Positions 56,415-64,000 of a DNA stretch of 64,000 bases are shown here, one piece after another. The notes under the pieces were generated by a model. It had not been told where the DNA came from and did not search any database. It saw only the letters and a program-made list of their open reading frames with translations. Source of the stretch: Eledone cirrhosa (lineage: Eukaryota); assembly GCA_964016885.1 (NCBI GenBank), contig OZ024745.1:98456001-98520000 (forward strand), read 5' to 3'. How positions within the stretch are numbered: position 1 is the first letter of the stretch; each line of letters opens with the position of its first letter. The translations under genes were made by a program, and so were the position numbers.

Positions 56415-59228
56415 ATGGCCGTAGTTAGAATAGGCAGTATAAATGTACGTGGCGTGGGGTCATCTTGCAAGCAGGGTCACCTGCTCAACGACCTCAGGTC
56501 ACTAAACATAGATGTCGAGGCCATCAGCGAGACCAGAATCTCTGAAGCACGAGCCTTCGCACCGATCTTCGGCGGCTACGATGTATACGCATTTCCTAGC
56601 CGTCCAGGATCGGGGGAGGAGTTACTCTCCTTTTTCGGAGAGGCTTGGATCTCGCCATACGGGCCATCTTCCGGGACCAAAAAAGTAAGTCGGTGGTGCT
56701 GAACGTGACCGGCAGCGAAGGCAATGCTTTCAGGCTAGTAGCCGTCTACACCCCAACAGGGGCAGGACGGCCAGATTTCTTCAGACGTCTAGAGACCTTT
56801 CTTGGAACGTCCCGCTCTTTAGTGTTAGTGGGCGACTGGAACGGTATCTTAGATGTACGCTGGGATTATGTGGGGCTAGTAGACAGGGCAGGGGGGTGTA
56901 AAAGCCTCAACAACCTGCTCAGACGTTTTGAACTGTCTGACAAGTATAGACTGGTTTATCCGAATATGCCAATGTGGACATGGGCAAACCGTATCGGGTC
57001 ATCCAGATCGTATTTAGATAGGGTATTTAGATAGGGTATTTAGATAGGGTATCTGTAGGAAAACAGATAACGCGTGTAGGTTGTCCACAATTTAAAGTAG
57101 TCGACTACACGGACCACAAATTTGTGATCTGTGAAGTTGACTTAGATAGACTCCGTAGGCAAGGGGCCGGCTACTGGAAGCTGAACGCGTCGTTCCCGGC
57201 GCGCAAAGCTTACAGAGACCGGATTAGCGAATTAGTTAAGCGTGCGTTGACGGGTGCGATCGTCAACAACAGGTGGTGGTTTACCCTGAAAATGGCTATT
57301 AGAGTAGAATCGATAGGTTTAGCAAAGGAGTAGTGATAGAGGAAAATAGAGTAGATGGAGAGTTAGTTAGAAAGCTAGAAGAGGCGTTTAGGACAGGCAT
57401 CGCAACCGACGTGCTTGCGGCGAGGTTGGCACTCGACCAATTCTTCAACGCAAAGCATGAAGGATGCGTTGTCAGAGCTAGAGGGCGTGCTCTAAGACAC
57501 TAGGGGACGAAAGCCGTTCAATGGGCCCGGGTCGTGGAGGCGCGACGTGGCAACAAGTCCACAATTCGGTCTTTGCCTGATCAAAACGGGTGCATGTTGC
57601 TCGAACCCGAGCAGATGTGTGCGGCTTTTCAACAGCACTTTGCTCAATTGTTCGGGAGCGACGGCGGGCAGGATTGGAGTATGGACTTCGGTGCATACCT
57701 CGACGGACTGCCGCGGCTCTCAACGACCGTAGCGCAGTGCTGCGAAAAGCCGATAACAGCAGGTGAAATACGGGAAGCGATGTCTGACAGCATCAAGGGG
57801 TAAATCATAAATTACTGCACAAATTGGAGACGATGAGGCGTGTCCCACGCGAACTGGGATGCGGGAAATCTATGTCAGCTTACGCCGGCGACGTCACCGT
57901 GGTGGTGTCGAGCACCAAACACGTCCAGATGCTCGGCACCGCTCTCAAGGAATACGAGGCGGTGACAGGAGCAAAGATAAACCAGGAAAAGTCGGTGGGC
58001 TTGCAATTCGGCACCTGGAGAGGCAAGTCCATGCTGTCCGACAGCGTCGTGGGGCGCTGGACGGAAGGGCCGGTTAAATTGCTCGGGGTCTGGTTCGGTC
58101 CTGACCTCTAGATGGAGAAAAACTGGAGCGAGGTGACGAGCAGGGTGGCTCTCTCACCCAGAAATGGGCCGAGAGGAGGCTATCTCTGAAAGGTCGGGTG
58201 GAGGTGGTGAATGCGTTCATAGCGTCCGTCATCTGCTACCGCCTGACCGTCGTACCTTCCCCCGCCCAACTCTTACCAAAAGGAAGCTCCTTCTCTTCCG
58301 CTTTTGTATAAGGGACGATCCATTTGCTGTCAATATCTGCTGCGTGGAGGACTAGGCATGCCATGGCTGATGATGCGCAAACATGCGCTGAGGCTGCGAC
58401 ATCTCTGGTGCTTCCTTGGCGGTGAACAGGTGTGGTCGCCGTTTGCCAGACGCGCTTTCCCCCAGCTCGTCTCCTTGATGGAGCTGCAGTCCTCGATCAG
58501 GAAAAGACCGAGGGATAGCGCTTGGAAGCTGGAATGTCTCCAAGCGCTCACCGCCCTCTACCAGCTGGGCACTAGTATCGGTGGAACATCCACCTCAGCG
58601 TTCTATAGGGGGCTAGTGGAGGAAAAGAGTGACGACGTTCTCGAGGAGACCCTGGGCGTCGAAGACGATCAGCTGTTCGCTCTCTTGAAGAGAACTTTCA
58701 GACCGGGGCCTATGGATAACTTCCAGAACCCTGGCCTGGCAATGCTACCGGGTAGCGTTGCCTGTTCGGGATAATCTCTACAGGCACGGAGGTGTTGTCA
58801 GCCGAGCCTGTCCGAGATGCACGCATGGCGACGAAACCGTCCTGCATGCTCTCGTTCAGTGCCCAAGGATTGCTGACTTGTAGAGCTATGTCGAACAGCT
58901 GCTGTCGCGTGTAGGACGGATCCGGTTGTCGACTGAGTCCATTGTGCAGATAGCCCCGCCTTCCTCCTTTAAAGAGGAGGAAGGGCAGGAAGTTTTCATC
59001 TGGTTGGTGGCCATGGCGAAAGAGATTGTGTGGTGGGCAAGGTTGAAAGGGTTGAAGACGGACACTTTCCTCTTCGTCCAATCCCTGATTAACTTTTTCA
59101 AGTTTCACTTGAAGAGGAAAATCAGGCTGGAGAGGCAAGTGCTGTCTTCTAGTAAGTTTGTTGAAAGGTGGGTGAAAATGGCGAGTCTGGTCCGACTGAC
59201 CGGGCCCGCTCTGAATATCCGCCTGTAG
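56415..59228 (+). pseudogene. LINE ORF2 (APE endonuclease-RT), frameshifted
   Basis: IGSINVRG, AISETRI, LVGDWNG, SYLDRV, TDHKFV, GYWKLNAS, SAYAGDVT (YADD-like), GAKINQEKS, LLGVWF, CPRC..ETVLHALVQC. Confidence 0.9.
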
Positions 59229-59480
59229 ACTGAGGAGTTGAAAACTGAGAGGGGGCGCTTGCCCTGGTGGTCAGGGTGGCTGTGGCCTTTCTGTGTGGTT
59301 TTCGCCACGAGTGACCCTCGGAGGTTTCGCCCTTTTTGGGGAATTTTTGTTGTTTGAATTTTTTGATTTCTAGCCTAAATTTTGTTATAACCTGTTTATA
59401 CGACCAAAACGCACTTTGTATCGTCCTGTACTGTTCTGTGCCGTCTCTAATGTTTTTCTTCGTGTCAGCTCTTTATTATT

Positions 59481-59583
59481 ATCCCGCCGAGGTTGACTTT
59501 GCCTTTCATCCTTACGGGGTCGATAAAATAAAGTACCAGTAATGCACTGGGTAATTGTTGGCCTTGTGCCTAAAGTAGAAACA

Positions 59584-59620
<37 letters not shown>
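59481..59620 (+). mobile_element. SINE S1, 5'-truncated, with (ATT)n tail
   Basis: Consensus match. Confidence 0.82.
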
Positions 59621-59621
<1 letters not shown>

Positions 59622-60200
59622 CATCATCATCATAGGACCTTGGTTGTGTTGTTTGTTATTTTAATTTTAGTTTTTTCACTGAATTTCTTTTTTGGTCGGA
59701 TAGCTCATTCAAGACAGTTCTTTTAATGAGAGAAAATTAATATTAGATAGCATCTACTTTCAATTAAGATGATTATCTTTTAGAAGATCCTCCATCTATG
59801 TGATCAGATGTCTATTCAGTATTGATGATCATCGACTGATAGTCACGACCTGACGTTCCACACCAAACTCTCTTGAATATAATTAAATCCACACAAACTA
59901 CAACATTTTTATATTTATAAGATTTGAAGATAATTTGCTGATACATATTATACTATGTGTAATAAGATATAACCAGAACTTTTCTTTATAATCATCAATA
60001 CGAAAAAGGTTACACGAAACCTCTCCATTTTGTTCCTTACATTATTTTTTGTGTTTGTCACGACAAACAATTGCTGGTTTACATATTAAAGAAAAGCTTT
60101 CGACGGAAGATATATCTGATAAGGAATCATCACAATCTATAAAAAACAAAACAAAAGACATTAAAAACTCATTTATAATCTCTATATGGACATGTGAAAG

Positions 60201-60420
60201 AATGGTTTCTCATATAGGCACAAGGCCACCAATTTTTGTGTGTGTGAGGGAGGGGTCGATTAAATCGACACTGCTTGACTGGTACTTTATTTTATCGACC
60301 CCATAAAGATGAAAGGCAAAGTTAACCTCGGCGGGATTTGAACTCAGATCTTAAAAGGCCATAACTCCATGCTGCAAAGTATGGCGTCCGACCCTCTACC
60401 GATTCTGCCAATCCACCACC
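60201..60420 (-). mobile_element. SINE S1, long subfamily
   Basis: Consensus match flanked by ACATGTGAAA duplication. Confidence 0.85.
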
Positions 60421-60529
60421 CTCGAACATGTGAAATAATAAAGTACAGGCGTTAAATCATCTAGTTTATGACAATCACAACCATCCCATCTTTTTTTTTT
60501 GGGGGGGGGGGGTATTTTCAGATGTGTAG

Positions 60530-60840
60530 CTGGATCTCCGTCACTTCTGGCGAAGAGTGTTCCAGTTGTTCGAACAACGGAAAATTAACGTGCATGTGAT
60601 TAGGAATTCCATAGACACGTGTACCCTTCACGTAATTCTCAGGAAGATCCAACGAGACACAGTGAGTGACGAAGGTAGCCATTTGAGTTGCAGGTAAAAC
60701 TTATATTTGCCAGCTGAGGGGACTGGAGCAACGTGAAATAAAGTATCTCGCTATAGGACATAATGCTCTGCCGAGAATTGAACTCGCGACTTTACGATTT
60801 TGTACCGAAAACTTTAACTACTAAGCCACGCTCTTTCAAT
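60530..60840 (-). mobile_element. SINE family S2
   Basis: Homologous to 18350-18690 (GGAGCAACGTGAAATAAAGT block). Confidence 0.65.
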
Positions 60841-61221
60841 TCGGATGTACAACATACAGAAATTAGTTTTCTAATGTTTTCTTCCTCTTGTAAGATGCAG
60901 GGTGAGATTAAAGAGAGATTTCGTTGCTATATCAAGTGGTTCCATAGAACAGAAGTTAGGCATCTAATTTGCATGAGGGATAATTACATAAGAACTTGTA
61001 AGGACACATTGGTACTACAAAAATTAATTAATCTTTAAATTTACAAATTCATAGGTTAAGTTATTATTTCGGTCATAAAGCTTAATCATTTTTTTTACAG
61101 ATTTTTAGATACCTCCCAAGCGGGTAGCTTGAAGTTTAAATGCTAGGGAATTTTTTCACACAGATAAGGGAGTCTTGGACCCTTAACATAGAGCCCCCTC
61201 CTCCTCCTCATTGCTAATGTA

Positions 61222-62012
61222 CAGGGTGGTCCGAAAGTCTTGTCACCTCTTGTCACATATTGTTTTAACTTCCATTATTTTTTCTTTTAAATCCCGCCGA
61301 GGTTGACTTTGCCTTTCATCCTTACGGTGTCGATAACATAAAGTACCAGTAATGCACTGGGTAATTGCTGGCCTTGTGCCTAAAGTAGAAACAATTCTTT
61401 TTTCTTTTAATAATGGTTTCTTATATAGGCACAAGGCCAGCAATTTGGTGGGAGGGGGAAGTCGATTAAATCGACCCCAGTGCGTGACTGGTACTTTATT
61501 TTATCAAACCCCGTAAAAATGAAAGGCAAAGTTAACTTCGGCGGGATTTGAACTCAGGTCATAAAGGGCCGTAACTCTATGCTGCAAAGCATGGCGTCCA
61601 ACCCTCTACCGATACTGCCAATCCACCTTTAATAATATAATATATAATATCATTAATATAAAATCAAGTACCATTAATGTACTGAGTAATTGCTGGCCTT
61701 GTGCCTAAAATAGAAACAATTAATTATAATATATAATAATTGTTTCTACTTTTTGGCACAAGGCCAGCAATTACACAGTGCATTACTGGTACTTTATTTT
61801 ATCGACCCCGTAAGTCAAAGTTATAATAGTATAATTTTCTACTTCAGATGGCTGACACAAGCTCCTATAATTTGGAAGAGAGGCTGCTTGCAAGTGTATG
61901 GACACATGATCGTGTACATTCTGGCAAGAGTATGGAGGATGTGTGACATGACTTCACTGCAAGATTCGGGCAAACCAACTCCTCCAAAGAGGACGTTACT
62001 GCGATGGGAACA
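61222..62012 (+). mobile_element. Tc1/mariner-superfamily remnant interrupted by several S1 SINEs
   Basis: TA-CAGGGTGGTCCGAAAG TIR-like start. MADTSSYNLEERLLASVW...FTARF.KPTPPKRTLLRWE resembles a transposase N-terminal HTH at 61849-62012. Confidence 0.5.
61412..61627 (-). mobile_element. SINE S1, long subfamily (tail-to-tail with a truncated + copy at 61290-61395)
   Basis: Consensus match. Confidence 0.85.
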
Positions 62013-62318
62013 TATTTGGACAATGGCCATGCCGAAGTCGTTAGTTCATTAACTTTAGTCGTTCGTTCGCACTCTTAACACTATTCGTCAATGTATGTAG
62101 CGCGCCGGTATTGAGTACACCAAGCGGTTGACGAACACCTTTTGACTGGTTGCAGCCGTCTTCCGGATACGTATCCTCTTCGCGCTTGATTTCTTTCATT
62201 GTTATTAAATAGTCTGAGTCATCCCTGCTTGAACAGTTTTGTGACACATTGCTAGCTTACTCATCCAAAGTTATCGTTTGGTATGAGTATACCATTTGTT
62301 GTTTTTTATTAAAAATAG

Positions 62319-62538
62319 GGCGGTGGATTGGCAGTATCAGTAGAGCGTCGGACAATATGCTTTGCAGCATAGAGTTACGGCCCTTCACGGTCTGAGTTCA
62401 AATCCCGCCGAGGTTAACTTTGCCTTTCATCCTTACGGGGTCGATAAAATAAAGTACCAGGCAAGCACTGGGGTCGATTTAATTGACTTTCCCCTCCCCA
62501 CAGAATTGCTGGCCTTGTACCTATATAAGAAACCATTC
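62319..62538 (+). mobile_element. SINE S1, long subfamily
   Basis: Consensus match with A and B boxes. Confidence 0.88.
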
Positions 62539-63582
62539 TTATAAAACATTGTTTTGAAATATGAACTTTACATATGTTGTCCTTATTTTAATGATGCTGA
62601 AAACATTTAGCTGCAACACTGAGCAGACAGAGTGACTATGTTGAATCTACCTCGATGGTTGTTTAACTGTCTACTAGAATGTCCATATGGATTATGTTGA
62701 AGTTTTAAAATGAGGTACAAGGGTGATTTGCAAGTTTTATGGGGCAGTTTTGAAGGGAAACAAGGGGAGAAATTATGGTTGTAGCCAACGTCTGTAATAT
62801 ACGAACATTTAGATAATAAAAAAATACCTGATTGTTTTAGGTAGAACAGTATAAGACCAACAGGTTCAAAGTTTATTATAGAACTTACTGATATAAGTTA
62901 ACGATAGCAAGAACATGAAATTACGCTGTAACTCTGATGGCTTTTCGATACTATTAGTTTCATTGAAATTACCAATCTCCGGTAACAGATCTCATTACTA
63001 GCAGAAAACTAGCAGTAAATAGATATTATTGGAATCTTCAAAGGAGATTACCAGTTTATATAATAATTCAAAATCAGTCAAAATGGACAATGACGCGAAG
63101 CAGATGGATGAGTCTTTTGAGTTTACATAATTTTACAAAGTAGTTTAGGTGTACTACAGATAGAGGAAAAAAGTAATTGACTCTAAATATCATCTTCTAG
63201 AACTTCCTATAAAGTATTTGAATGTGTATAATTTAATATTAGAAAGAACTAATATCATTCTACGCTCATAATCAGTCGAAAATATAGATATTTTGGTTTT
63301 TAATGCTAAAGTATGAGAGCGAAGATGTTGATTGATATAAGAATATCTTTTGTCATCAACTAAAAGACAACTACAGTGTATGTAGAAATTACTTCTGAGT
63401 AGTATTCACTGGTTCATTGTATTCAGATCATACATTATCTATAGCAGTCGCTACAGATAATTTTATTTTCAATAATCCATCTCGTTCATTGTAACCAACG
63501 ACTGAAATCTATAACCAGGGTTCGATAGCTGATTAAGGTAGAGTATAGGTTTGTTGCAGCTAATAAAAGATATTTAAATATT

Positions 63583-63760
63583 TGTTTCTACGTTAGGCAC
63601 AAGGCCAGCAAATACCCAGTGTATTACTGGTACTTTATTTTATCGACCCCGTAAGGATGAAAGGCAAAGTTAACCTCGGCGGGATTTGAACTCAGAATGG
63701 CAAGGGCCGTAACTCTATGCGTCAAAGCATGGCGTCCGACCCTCTACCAATACTGCCAAT
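63583..63760 (-). mobile_element. SINE S1, short subfamily
   Basis: Consensus match flanked by ATTTAAATATT duplication. Confidence 0.85.
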
Positions 63761-64000
63761 TTAAATATTATAGATAATGAACACAACCACAGGGATAAGG
63801 TCTGAACGTGGAAGAGCCGAACGTGGTCAGAAACAAAGATAGGTTAAATATCCAGAGAATTCTCTAATTCTAGTAATACATCTTTCACCCCAGACACTAT
63901 TGTTTGCGTATATCAAATTCTTTGATTAAAGAATTTGATATTTGTAACTTAATTTTTTATAAAATATGAATTTAATATGTGTGTGTATATATATATATAT

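Larger units (their letters stand above)
54590..59470 (+). mobile_element. L1/Tx1-like LINE, near full length, decayed, RT core deleted
   Basis: ORF1 with a zinc knuckle, then APE endonuclease, partial RT and C-terminal Cys finger. Ends are approximate. Confidence 0.88.

Overview
AT-rich, repeat-dominated animal genomic DNA; the SINE families suggest a cephalopod such as octopus (inference). No host gene is confidently identified. Most long ORFs in the track are artefacts of (TA)n/(CA)n/(GA)n microsatellites. Recognisable mobile elements are an internally deleted Helitron with intact ends, a second Helitron remnant, two decayed Penelope-like retroelements (PLEs, Hydra-clade-like RT + GIY-YIG) bounded by (TA)n, a near-full-length L1/Tx1-like LINE plus a 3' fragment, RTE, CR1-like, Vingi-like and CRE-like fragments, mariner/Tc1 remnants, hAT MITEs and more than 20 tRNA-derived SINEs. 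The most notable structure is a set of about 12 short non-coding elements from several sequence families embedded in (TA)n tracts. The more complete copies share one architecture: inverted repeat, minimal hammerhead ribozyme (HHR), a conserved RCTC-[stem-loop]-NN-GAGY bulged hairpin, a short tail, then (TA)n. The HHR and hairpin also occur at the 3' end of the coding PLE at 33.8-36.4 kb. One further family (14.8 kb and 45.8 kb) carries all hammerhead core nucleotides in a non-cyclic, pseudoknotted strand order with compensatory base changes. All structures were read by eye and none was computed.
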